A stretch of DNA of 64,000 nt from Trichoplax sp. H2 (Eukaryota), in the NCBI GenBank assembly GCA_003344405.1, contig NOWV01000170.1, positions 1-64,000 of the forward strand. The letters are read 5' to 3'. Positions 1 through 13,395 of the stretch are shown here, in pieces (within the stretch, counting starts at the first letter, position 1; each line of letters begins with the position of its first letter). The notes beneath the pieces are model-generated. The model had not been told where the DNA came from, made no database searches, and worked only from the letters and a program-made list of their open reading frames with translations. The position numbers were made by a program, and so were the translations under genes.

Positions 1-3000
1 AGCGCATAGCTTGCCATTAACTAGTCATTACTTGCGAATACTATACGTAAGAATTTAAATATCGAATCTTAAAGTGAGGGTTGTATGTCAAGCTACAGTA
101 ACAACAAAATAATATGTGTTGCAGTTTTAGCCACCGTTCATCATGCACAAGAATTAGTTGAATTGAATGAATTTTACAGGCGAAAAAAACTACATTAAAA
201 TACAGTATTTTCCCCATAGATAATGCATACACTAAATTTGTACTAAGTTATAGGATTAAAGCAAGAAGATTAAGTTTATTGTAATAGCATAGACTTTTTG
301 CTGACGAAAAATAAACGAATACATGTTCCATTTAAGTGTAAAATAAAATGTAAATTTTAAACAACTCTACCGCAGATGAAAATCTTGTTACGAGATATAC
401 TCTTACAGATATCGTACCTAAGCTAGCTTACAACTTTCTTAAGGATGTATAACAGCAAATTGCTTTCAGTTTCAATTTCAGTTTAGTCTCTACTTAAATT
501 ATACTGTTATTGTTAATTATCAATTAAGAATCTTTTCGACAGATCTGAAAGCCTGCGTGTTTCTTGCATTTCCAACGTCATTAAATAAGAGCTGCTCCCG
601 TTCTGCTATCTAACTGAAAGCAAGTGGATTGCTATATATCTCTAGTCAATACACAAGATAAAAAATTTCATTGCATTTTGCTATTAACCAATTCTTAAAG
701 TTATGTCAATGATTTAAATTCTTTTTAAAATACCTTCAAGCAGTAGCAATTATTGTAGTAATTTATATTTTATAGTAGTGTAATTTAAGAACCTGAAAGT
801 CTCTATTTGTCTAATATTAATAATATGTATGGCAATTCTTACTAAATCTAGTAAAATAAACGATGAACTATTACTTTAAAATAATAGAATATACACGAAC
901 ATTAAAGAGTGTGGCAAGCTTTATAGAAGAGTTCTTACCGAGCAAAGTTTACTTCAGATCGATCCAAGCGAGATGACAGCGATTAGTTATGCATAAAGTA
1001 GACTTAGTTAGTATTTGCATTATAGAATAAGAAAGCTAAAATACACCTCCTAATTCTAAATCTCTGATATAATTTTAGTTCTAGTACTATGCAATGCCTG
1101 ATTACGCGTATAGCTTGCATACAATTTGAATAGTTAGTGAACAAATAATATTTAACCTGCTCCCTTAATACGTAAAATTTCATGATGAAATCGGTGGCAT
1201 ATTAAATTAAAAAATATGAGAAAATCACGTTAATGACGCATGTAAAGTTTTCTAGTAGAATACATACAGCGCAGAACGATAATCTATGAGTGTCAGTTCG
1301 CAGTTAAAATATCATCATTTTAATTTTCAGATGTAAATAATTTTCATGATTTAATTCTTATGATGCAGTATCAAAGGCGACAACAAACATAAGAATAGTC
1401 AAGGTTGATTTAAGTACTACAATTGCTGTCATCTGCATTCAGCTATGATGCCAGATGCATATTATAGGTGTAAATTAAGAAAATGGATTAATTAACTTCG
1501 ACATCTAATCCTTCGATTGTTAACTTCTTTTTAGCTCAATCAGACTTTGATTTCAATTATGCACTACTGCCGTATAAAATATTACTATATAAATACCCCG
1601 AAGGTAAAGAAATATTAATCTTAACGATCTTAATGTTATTGTACGTGTAGTAATAGATAATCGATACCTCGTTATAAAATTTATATGATTGTTTTCAATT
1701 CGTAAATGGCAGTAAGTTATGAATGTAGTGACAACTGCTAATCTGATATGCTAGTAGAGATTAGTTAATTTCACTGTTAAACAAACCCTTGCAATGTAAA
1801 TAAGTCGTCAGTTGTACTAAAATAACCCATGAGAAGTAACATATACTTTAGTGTCCAACAGTTCGTCATATCCGAGATATCGAGATAAAACAATAACAAT
1901 TTATGCATAACTTTGTGATAGAAATAAAATCACACATAATTATGCAAGACTTCTACGCTGAAATCCGAGTAATTATTACAGCCATATTTAGACGTCATAT
2001 AGTGTAAATGATACAAAATTTATAATAAAATTGCCTGATAAATTGTGTATTTTAAGTTTATATTTCTATAAAGCTGATTTGCGATATATATTATAATATT
2101 ATAATTTTTCAGTGTTTGATAGTTCATCGTATTCGAGATATTGAGATATATAATAAAACTCGTTATTAAATTGAGTCTTTGAAGTTATTTTGTTGCAAAG
2201 CTGATTTGTAATACATATTATAATGTTTTAGTTTTCACTAGTTTATCGTATGCGAAATATCGAGATAGTATAAGATAATGCAGGCATGAAATTACTGTAA
2301 AGCAAAATTACATACGATTATTTAAGACTTACGCGCTGAAATTCAAATAATCGATATAGCCATAACGTCAACGTCATAGAGTATAAATGATACAAATATA
2401 TAATAGAATCACTTATTAAGTTGTATATTTATAAGTTATGTTATTTATAAATCTGATTTGTGATACGTATTATAATATCTCAGTGTATGATGCTTCATCA
2501 TTATTGAGATATCGAGATAGTGCAACAAGAAATTTAACTATGAAGCTATCATAAAAAATGACATATGATTATGCGAAACTTACGCGCTAAAACCCGAGTA
2601 ATCGTTATAGCCAGAGTGTTGACATCACGTAGTGTAATTGATATAAAATGTATGATAAAATCATTTATTAATTTGTGTACTGTAACGTTATGTTGTTACA
2701 AAGCTGATTTATAATACACATTATGATACTTTATCGTATCCGAGATATCGCGATGGTACAACAAGAAATTCAACTATGAAGCTATCATAAAAAATCACAT
2801 ATGATACGAGACTTACGCGCTAAAATCCGAGTAATCGTTATAGCCATAGTGTTGGCGTCATATAGTGTCAATGATAAAAGTGTATAATAGAATTATTTGT
2901 TAATTTGTGTTCTGTAACGTATTGTTATTACAAAGCTGATTTGTAATATACATTATAATACTTAAGTGTTCGATAGTTCATCGTATCTGAGATACCGCGA

Positions 3001-3390
3001 TAGTACAACAAGAAGTTTAACTATAAAACTATAGTAAAAAGTCGCATATGATTATGCGAGACTTACGCTCTAAAGTCCGAGTAACCGTTACAGCCATAAT
3101 GTCGACGTTATACAGTGTACATGACACAAATATATAATAAAGTTAGTTGTTAAATTGAGTATTTCAACTTATGTTGTTATAAAGCTGACTTATAAAATAC
3201 ATTATAATATTTAGTGTTTGATACTTTATCGTATCCGAGATATCGCGATAGTATAATGTAATGCAAGTATGAAATTACTGTAACGTAAAGTTACATATGA
3301 CTATTTAAGACTTACGATCTGAAATCCGAATAGTCGTTATAGCCATAGTGTCGACGTCGTATAGTGCAAACGATACAAAGTGCATATTAA

Positions 3391-3796
3391 TAAATCTCGA
3401 TATTAAGCGAAGTAGCAGTAACACTAATCTATTCACCCAGTTTTGGGACTAATATAAGGGCGATAGATGCGTAGTTGTGAAATATTCGTAATTGTATTTA
3501 TAAGAAATATCACGTTTTATGTAGAAATCAGTTTCATGTCTTACCGATTTCTCGAAGGCCTTTTTCTAGTTATTCGATAGAATACGTCACAGCGTTCAAT
3601 GAAAATTATAAAAAGTTATAAGTTAGCTTGTAATCTAAAACTTACAGTAGTCATTAAGAAGTACAAATAGTATAATGAAATACTAAAATACTACTACTGT
3701 CTATGTAAAATGCATTATACGATTGGTTTACTCTATCTATAAAATTATTATGTAACTTAGAAGAATTCGTAGGCATAAACAATCAGTATACTTACG
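3391..3796. repeat. ~405-bp non-monomer module A, copy 1
   Basis: Begins TAAATCTCGATATTAAGCG...CACCCAGTTTTGGGACTAATA and ends ...AATCAGTATACTTACG. Near-identical to 7416-7821 and similar to 11844-12250. Confidence 0.9.
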
Positions 3797-6700
3797 GTCT
3801 TGAATAGTATTGATTTGTGGATGTATTGTTGTATTAATAGAGAAATATCAGAAAAATATAAAATAAAATTAGTTATTAAACTGTGCATTTTCAAGTTATC
3901 TTATAGCAAAGCTGATTTGTAATATACATCATAATAGTTTAATATTGTATAGTTTATCTTATCCGAAAGATCGAAATAATACAGTAATAATTTATCTATA
4001 ACTTTGTTATGAAAACGAAATTACACATGTTTATAAGAGAATTACAGTTTGAAATCTGAGTAATTGTTACAGCTATAATATTGACGTTATACAGAGTAAA
4101 TAATACAAATATATAATAGAATCACTTGTTAACGTGCGTATTTTAACGTTACGTTGTTGTAACGCTGATTTATGATACATATTTATAATATTTAGTATTC
4201 GATACTTTATCATATTTGAGATAGCGAGTTAGTATAAAAAACATTATACATGACTATACGAGACTTACCGACTAAAGTCCGAGTAATCGTTAGAGCCAAA
4301 AAGTTGACGTTATACAGTTTACATGACACAAATATATAACAAAATCAGCTAAATAGTTTATCGTGTTCGAGATTTGGAGATAGCGTAAAGAAATGCAAGT
4401 ATAAAATTACTGTAAAGCTAATATACATATGACTATGCGAAACTTACGCGCTAAAATCCGAGTAAACATTATAGCCATAAAGTTGACATCATATAGTGTA
4501 AATGATAAAAGTGTATAATAGAATCATTTGTTAATTTGTACTTTACAAACTTGAACGTTATGTTGTTACAAAGCTGATTTACGATAGACATTATAATATT
4601 TTAGTGTTCGATAGTTTATCGCATCCGAGATATCGCGATATTACAACAACAAGTTTAACTATGGAGCTATCGTAAAAAATCACATGAGATTATGGGAGAC
4701 TTACGCGCTAATATCCGAGTAATCGTTATAGCCATAATGTGGACGTTATACAGTGTACATGATACAAATATATAATAAAGTTAGTTGTTAAATTAAGTAC
4801 TCTAACGTTATGTTGTTACAAAGCTGTTTTGTAATACATATTATGATATTTTAGTGTTCGATAGTTTATCGTATCCGAGATATCGCGAAAGTACAACAAG
4901 AAGTTTAAGTGTGGAGCTATCGTGAAAAAGTACGTAAGATTATGCAAGACTTACGCGCTAAATTCCGAGAAATCGTTATAGCCATAATGTTGACGTCATA
5001 TAGTGTAAATGATAAAAAGTGTGTAATAGAATCATTTGTTAACTTGTGTACTCTAACGTTATGCTATTACATAGCTGATTTGTAATACACATTATAATAC
5101 TTAGTGTTCGATACTTTATCGTATCCGAGATATCGCGATAGTATAACTAGACGTTTAACTACGGAGCTATCGTAAAAATTACATATGATAATTCAAGATT
5201 TATGCGCTGAAATCCGAGTAATCCATAAAGTTGACGATATACAGTGTACATGACACAAATATATAATAAAGTTAGTTGTTAAATTAAGTATTTCAACTTA
5301 TGCTGTTACAAAGCTGACTTATAGTATACGTTATAATATTTAGTTTTCGATAGTTTATCGTATCCGAGATATCGAGATAGTATAAGGTAATACAAGTATG
5401 AAATTACTGTTACGTAAAGTTACATATGACTATTTAAGATTTACACCCTGAAATCCGAATAGTCGTTATAGCCATAATGTCGACGTCGTATAGTGTAAAC
5501 GATATAAAGTGTATAATGGAATCACTTGTAAAGTTGTGTATTTTAAGTTTATGTTACTGTAAGCTGATTTGTGATACACACTATAACATTTTAGTGTATG
5601 ATACTTCATCATCATGGACATATCGAGTTATTACAACAAGAAACTTAGCTATGAAGATTTCTATCACATAAAAATCATACACATGATTAAACGAGACTTA
5701 CAGACTGAAATCCGAGTAATCGTTACAGCAATAAAGTATATATATAATACAAAGTATAAAATAAAATTAGTTATTAAATTGTGTATTTTGAAGTTGTGTT
5801 AGAGCAAAGCAGATTTGTACTATACATTAAATAGTTTAATGCTCTATAGTTTATCTTATCCGAAATATCGAGATAGTACAATAATCGTTTATCTATAAGT
5901 TTGTTACGAAAACAAAATTACGCATGATTATAAGAGACTTACAGCCTGAATTCCGAGTAATCGTTACCGCCATAATGTTGGCGTCATATAAAGAAATGAT
6001 GTAAAGTGCATAATAGAATCACTTGTTAAGATACGTATTTTAACGTTATGCTGTTTAAAAGCTGACTCGTAATACGTATTATAATACGTTAGTATTCGAT
6101 AGCTCATCGTGTTTGAGATATCGAAGTAGTACAACAAGTTTGACTATGAGACGATCATAAATATTACATATGGTTATATAAGATTTATGCTCTGAAATTC
6201 GAGTAATCGTTACAGCTAGAATGTTAACGTTATACAACGTACATAACACAAATGTATAATATTACTAGTTATTAAAACGAGTATTCTATAGTTATGCTGT
6301 TGTAACGCTATTTTGTGATATATGTTAAATATTTTAGTGTTTAATACTTCGTAATATACAAGATATCGAGCTAGTATAAAGAAATCGAACTATAATATTA
6401 TCAAAAAAGTAAAACTACATATGATTATTTAAGATTCAGACTCTGAAATCTAAGTAACTACTAGAGCCATAATATTAACATCATATAATGTAAATGATAC
6501 AAAATATATAATAAAATCAGTTGTACGTTCTGTATTTGAAGTTATTTAATACGTGTATAACTCGAATAAAACAGAGGCTATGATGTTCAAGTTATACGTA
6601 TATTAAGTAAGCTACATAAAACTACTAAAAACATCAACTTTCTAGTTTTACACCTATAAGATACTCGTAATACTGTATATAAAATATAGTCATGTGCAAT

Positions 6701-7415
6701 TACTTTCATGTAATGTACTAGTTAGATCCTTAACTCTTGAGTAGAGTAGAGTATTGTAGAGTCGACTATTAGCTATGAACATTTATGTACACATTGCGTA
6801 TAGTACAAGTCAAGCTAGTGTTATTACATAATAGTCGTGTTTATAATAATAACGTCTCTTAATAGATTTATTATCAGCGGGATATTTATAATACAAAGTT
6901 AAATATCTAAGCAAAAGTAAGTGTTTAAAATAGATATATAAGCAATTTGTCTTCTACATTAAAACCAGATTAAGTCGATAGTATTCTCTAAGATTTCAGC
7001 GTATTAGATCATAGTGACGACTTTGCTTACACACTTATCATATGAACAGATAACAAGCTATGAAGTAAATAAGCCTATATAATAAACTTATCGTAGTTTC
7101 TCATCTCAGTTATTTTATCTACATTTGATTCGACTATTCGTTAGCTAGTTAATTATACTCTAATCCGTTTAACTTTGGCTAAAAGTTTGTATTGATATTA
7201 AAGGTATTTACTTCTAGTGTATTATACTTTACTGAGTTACTTTACTAAGTGCTAGTAGGTAGCGAATAATGATAAAATACTCGTAGCTCATCTCGCTGTA
7301 GTATTCGTACTAAGTCATACGTTAAGGTCGAGGCTGACAGCTCTCATCTGTCTTCAGTATTTTCATGTACTGTATTACTCGTAAATTACGATTTACAAGA
7401 CTATTTAAATCACAT

Positions 7416-7821
7416 AAAATCTCGATATTAAGCGTAGTAGCAGTAACACTAATCTATTCACCCAGTTTTGGGACTAATATAAGGGCGATAGATGCGTAGT
7501 TGTGAAATATTCGTAATTGTATTTATAAGAAATATCACGTTTTATGTAGAAATCAGTTTCATGTCTTACCGATTTCTCGAAGGCCTTTTTCTAGTTATCC
7601 GATAGAATACGTCATGGAGTTTAATGAAAATTATAAAAAGTTATAAATTATCTTGTAATCTAAAACTTACAGTAGTTATTAAGAAGTACAAATAGTATAA
7701 TGAAATACTAAAATACTACCACTGTTAATATAAAATGCATTATACGATTGGTTTACTATATCTATAAAATTATTTTGTTACTTAGAAGAATTCGTAGGTA
7801 TAAACAATCAGTATACTTACG
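7416..7821. repeat. Module A, copy 2
   Basis: Same sequence as 3391-3796 with few substitutions. It shares its right flank with copy 1 but has a different left flank. Confidence 0.9.
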
Positions 7822-10800
7822 CCCTTGAATAGTATCGATTTGTGGATGTATTGTTGTATTAATAGAGAAATATCAGAAAAATATAAAATAAAATTAGTTA
7901 TTAAACTGTGTATTTTCAAGTTATCTTATAGCAAAGCTGATTTGTAATATACATCATAATAGTTTAATATTGTATAGTTTATCTTATCCGAAAGATCGAA
8001 ATAGTACAGTAATAATTTATCTATAATTCTGTTACGAAAACGAAATCACACATGATTGTAAGAGAATTACAGTTTGAAATCTGAGTAATTGTTACATCTA
8101 TAATATTGGCGTTATACAGAGTAAATAATACAAATATATAATAGAATCACTTGTTAACGTGCGTATTTTAACGTTACGTTGTTGTAACGCTGATTTATGA
8201 TACATATTTATAATATTCAGCATTCGATACTTTATCATATCTGAGATAGCGAATTAGTATAAAAACATTATACATGACTATACGAGACTTACCGACTAAA
8301 GTCCGAGTAATCGTTAGAGCCAGAACGTTGACGTTATACAGTTTACATGACACAAATATATAACAAAATCAGCTAAATAGTTTATCGTATTCGAGATTTG
8401 GAGATAGTGTAAAGAAATGCAAGTACGAAATTACTGTAAAGCTAATATACATATGACTATGCGAGACTTACGCGCTAAAATCCGAGTAAACGTTATAGCC
8501 ATAAAGTTGACGTCATATAGTATCAATGATAAAAAGTGTGTAATAAAATCATTTGTTAATTTGTATACTTGAACGTTATGTTGTTACAAAGCTGTTTTGT
8601 AATACACATAATGATATTTTAGTGTTCGATAGTTTAGCGTGTCTGAGATATCGCGATAGTACAACAAGAAGCTTAACTATGGAGCTATCATAAAAAATGA
8701 CATATGATTATGGGAGACTTACGCGCTAAAATCCGAGTAAACGTTATAGCCATAATATTGACGTCATATAGTGTCAATGATATAAAATGTGTAATAGAAT
8801 CATTTGTTAATTTGTGTACTCTAACGTTATGTTGTTACAAAGCTGTTTTGTAATACACATTATGATATTTTAGTGTTCGATAGTTTATCGTATCCGAGAT
8901 ATCGCGATAGTACAACAAGAAGTTTAAGTGTGGAGCTATCCAAAAAAGTGCATATGATTATGCAAGACTTACGCGCTAAAATCCGAGAAGTCGTTATAGC
9001 CATAATGTTGACGTCGTATAGTGTAAATGATATAAAGTGTGTAATAGAATCATTTGTTAACTTGTGTCCTCTAAGGTTATGCTGTTACAAAGCTGATTTG
9101 TAATATACATTATAATATTTAGTGTTCGATACTTTATCGTATCCGAGATATCGCGATAGTAGAACCAGACGTTTAACTATGAAGCTATCGTAAAAAGTAC
9201 ATATGATAATTCAAGACTTACGCCCTAAAATCCGAGTAATCCATAAAGTTGACGATATACAGTGTACATGATACAAATATATAATAAAGTTAGTTGTTAA
9301 ATTGAGTATTGCAACTTATGTTGTTACAAAGCTGACTTATAATATACATTATAATAATATTTAGTGTTCAATACTTTATCGTATCCGAGATATCGAGATA
9401 GTATAAGGTAATACAAGTATGAAATTACTGTTACGTAAAGTTATATATGACTATTTAAGACTTACGGTCTGAAATCCGAATAGTCGCTATAGCCATAATG
9501 TCGACGTCGTATAGTGTAAACGATACAAAGTGTATAATAGAATCACTTGTTAAATTGTGTATTTTAAGTTTATGTTACTGTAAGCTGATTTGTGATACAC
9601 ACTATAACATTTTAGTGTATGATACTTCATCATCATGGACATATCGAGTTGTACAGCAAGAAACTTAGCTATGAAGATTTCTATCATAAAACAATCATAC
9701 ACATGATTATACGAGACTTACATACTGGAATCCGAGTAATCGTTACAGCCATAAAGTATATATATAATACAAAGTATAAAATAAAATTAGTTATTAAATT
9801 GTGTATTTTGAAGTTGTTATAGCTAAGCAGATTTGTAATATGCATCATAATAGTTTAATGTTCTATAGTTTATCTTATCCGAAAGATCGAGATAGTACAA
9901 TAATAATTTATCTATAAGTTTGTTACGAAAAAAAATCACACATGATTATAAAAGACTTACAGTCTGAATTCCGAGTAATCGTTACAGCCATAATGTTGGC
10001 GTCATATAGAGTAAATGATACAAAGTATATAATAGAACCACTTGTTAAGATGCGTATTTTAACGTTATGCTGTTAAAAGCTGACTCGTAATACGTATTAT
10101 AATACTTTAGTATTCGATAGCTCATCGTATTTGAGATATCGAAGTAGTACAACAAGTTTGACTATGAGACGATCATAAAAGTTACATATGGTTATACAAG
10201 ATTTATGCTCTGAAATTCGAGTAATCGTTACAGCTAGAATGTTAACGTTATACAACGTACATGACACAAATGTATAATAAAACTAGTTATTAAAACGAGT
10301 ATTCCGTAGTTATGATGTTGCAACGTTAATTTGTGATATATGTTAAATATTTTAGTGTCTGATACTTCGTAATATACAAGATATCGAAATAGTATAAAGA
10401 AATCGAACTGTAGTATTATCATAAAAGTAAAACTACATATGATTATTTAAGATTCAGACTCTGAAATCTAAGCAACTACTAGAGCCATAATATTAACATC
10501 ATATAATGTAAATGGTACAAAATATATAATAAAATCAGTTGTGCGTTCTGTATTTAAAGTTATTTAATACGTGTATAACTCGAATAAAACAGAGGCTATG
10601 ATGCTCAAGCTATACGTATATTGAGTAAGTTACAAAAAATTACTAAATAACATCAACTTTCTAGTTTTACACCTATAAGGTACTTGTAATACTGTATATA
10701 AAATATAGTCTAGTTATAGTTCTAGTTATTCCATCGTTATGCTGTTGCAACGTTAATTTGTGATATATGTTAAATATTTTAGTCTTTGATACTTCGTAAT

Positions 10801-11067
10801 ATACGAGATATCGAGTTAGTATAAAGAAATCGAACTATAATACTATCATAAAAGTAAAACTGTACATGATTATTTAAGATTCAGACTCTGAAATTTAAGC
10901 AACTACTAGAGCCATAATATTAACATCATATAATGTAAATGATACAAAATATATAATAAAATCAGTTGTGAGTTCTGTATTTAAAGTTATTTAATAATAC
11001 GTGTATAACTCGAATAAAACAGAGGCTATGATGTTCAAGTTATACGTATATTGAGCAAGTTACAAAA

Positions 11068-11087
11068 NNNNNNNNNNNNNNNNNNNN
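11068..11087. other. Assembly gap (20 N) inside the satellite
   Basis: Run of N. Confidence 1.
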
Positions 11088-11843
11088 AAGGTGCGTATTT
11101 TAATGTTATGCTGTTAAAAAGTTGACTCGTAATACGTATTATAATATTTTAATATTCGATAGCTCATCGTATTTGAGATATCGAAGTAGTACAGCAAGTT
11201 TAACTATGAGGCGATCATAAAAGTTACATACGGTTATACAAGATTTATGCTCTGAAATTCGAGTAATCGTTACAGCTAGAATGTTAACGTTATACAACGT
11301 ACTTGACACAAATGTATAGTAAAACTAGTTATTCCATAGTTATGCTGTTGCAACGTTAATTTGTGATATATGTTAAATATTTTAGTGTTCGATACTTCGT
11401 AATATACGAGATATCGAGTTAGTATAAAGAAATCGAACTATAATATTATCATAAAAGTAAAACTGTACATGATTATTTAAGATTCAGACTCTGAAATTTA
11501 AGCAACTACTAGAGCCATAATATTAACATCATATAATGTAAATGATACAAAATATATAATAAAATCAGTTGTGAGTTCTGTATTTAAAGTTATTTAATAA
11601 TACGTGTATAACTCGAATAAAACAGAGGCTATGATGTTCAAGTTATACGTATATTGAGCAAGTTACAAAACATTACTAAACAACACTAACTTTCTAGTTT
11701 TACACCTATAAGATACTTGTAATACTGTATATAAAATATAGTCATGTACAATTGTTTTTATGTAATGTACTAGTTAGATCCTTAACTCTTGAGTAAAGTA
11801 CAGTATTGTAAAGTTGACTATAAGCTATGAACGTTTATGTACT

Positions 11844-12250
11844 TAAAATCTCGATACTAAGCGTAGTAGCAGTAACACTAATCTATTCACCCACTTTTGA
11901 GACTAATATAAGGGCGACAAATGCGCAGTTGTGAAATATTCGTAATTGTATTTACAAGAAATATCATGCTTTATGTAGAAATCAGTTTCATCTATTACCG
12001 ATTTATCGGAGTACTTTCCGCATTTATTCGATAGAATACGTCATGGAGTTTAATCAAAATTATAAAAAGTTATAAACTATCTAGTAGTCTAAAACTTACA
12101 TTAGTTATTAACAAGTACAAGAAGTATAATGAAATACTAAAATACTACTACTGTCTTTGTAAAATACATTATACGATTGATTTACTCTATCTATAGAATT
12201 ATTTTGTTACTTAGAAGAATTCGTAGGTATTAACAATCAGTATATTTACG
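11844..12250. repeat. Module A, copy 3 (more diverged; closes the array)
   Basis: TAAAATCTCGATACTAAGCG...AATCAGTATATTTACG, followed by unique sequence. Confidence 0.88.
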
Positions 12251-13215
12251 CAATCTTTTAATTTTTCTATTAAGCTAATTTGGGATCGCACTATATACAC
12301 ATGCGTAGGTAATCAAATATAAGTAGGCTAAGATAATAATTTGCTTTTAGATTTAGTAGCACAATGGTACTAAGTAATGAAAAATTACTATCCAATTTTA
12401 TCAAAGTACGCGTATATCATATTACGAAATCACCAACTTATTATATGCATCAAATTGGTTTATCACTCTTGAGATGCGATTAATATACCATACGTTAAAC
12501 TAGCATACTATAGTCTTTTTAATATTCAAATTAAAAATACTGGATGCTACCGCATTTTGATATAAATATGAACTTGCATTAATTTAAATTAATACAGCAA
12601 ATTTATTCGGTTATTTTCTACCGATGTATTATTAATATATCCAATTGATTATTACTGTTTGTATACAATTAAGTGCATCTAATTTTCAGCTTTAAAGAGC
12701 ATATCCACAATTAAAATAAAACTTATTACTAGCTTATTTATGGTAGTACGAACTGATAAGCGTAATACTTTCTATAAGAGCTTCCATGTGTATTGGATTA
12801 AGAGAAGAATTATATTACTTCTACAACAGGATAGGCTTTTGCCGTTTATAATGGCTAATATAAGATTGGTATTGATCAGTTTCGCATCACATTAATGATG
12901 AAAGTACTGATACTGAAATGTCTGTATTTGTTTACCAAAATACAGATACAGCTTTTAATGATCTTATCATGAGAAATTTTAGCGTCTTCCATACATTTAC
13001 GATATAGAATAGTAGAACGTTATCAAATAAGATCCAAGAGTTGATGATGTAGTCATCAATATGCGTTGTAAGTTATCCTAGGATTTATCAATACTGTATT
13101 CAAAACGGCAATGTGACTAGACTCAGGCTAGCGTAAATCGCTATTTGATTGATTCCAATAATCAAAGTATGCGCTGTGTAAAACAACTACATTGAAAAAT
13201 ATTTCCTCAATATAC

Positions 13216-13395
13216 CTTAATCATTGTAGGTTCGTCATCTTCTTCCTCATCAATCATATCCCTTTCTGCCAGATCACTGGGTTCTTCCTCATCCATCCAT
13301 TCTTCGAGTCGTTCTTCATCGAATTCCTCTGCTTTCGCAGTTGCCAACACGGCGGCAAAGAAGAGCGCAGCAATCAAAATAAGTTTGGTATTCAT
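13216..13395 (-). CDS. First coding exon of a secreted acidic prepropeptide (signal peptide + Asp/Glu-rich propiece); downstream exon not located
   Basis: MNTKLILIAALFFAAVLATAKA (signal-peptide-like) is followed by EEFDEERLEEWMDEEEPSDLAERDMIDEEEDDEPTMIK (21 of 38 residues are D/E). An acceptor-like ttttcgttcatAG lies 2 nt before the ATG, and a candidate phase-0 donor AAG|GTATAT lies at 13216/13215. The unspliced ORF ends at 13207. Confidence 0.8.

Larger units (their letters stand above)
1840..12250. repeat. Satellite array of ~240-250-bp monomers with ~4-kb higher-order organisation
   Basis: TTAGTGTTCG recurs at 4601, 4851 and 5101 (250-bp period). Each monomer carries TATCGTATCCGAGATATCGCGATAG, GACTTACGCGCTAAAATCCGAGTAATCGTTATAGCCATA and AAAGCTGATTTGTAATA. 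Sequence from 3391 repeats almost colinearly from ~7416, and again partially after the gap. Array edges are approximate. Confidence 0.95.

Noticed and set aside
4601-4640. CENP-B box in the satellite monomer
   Set aside because: TTCG is present but the required downstream A..CGGG spacing is not.
5477-10422. ORFs inside the satellite
   Set aside because: They are chance frames of the repeat monomer, and other copies contain stops and frameshifts.
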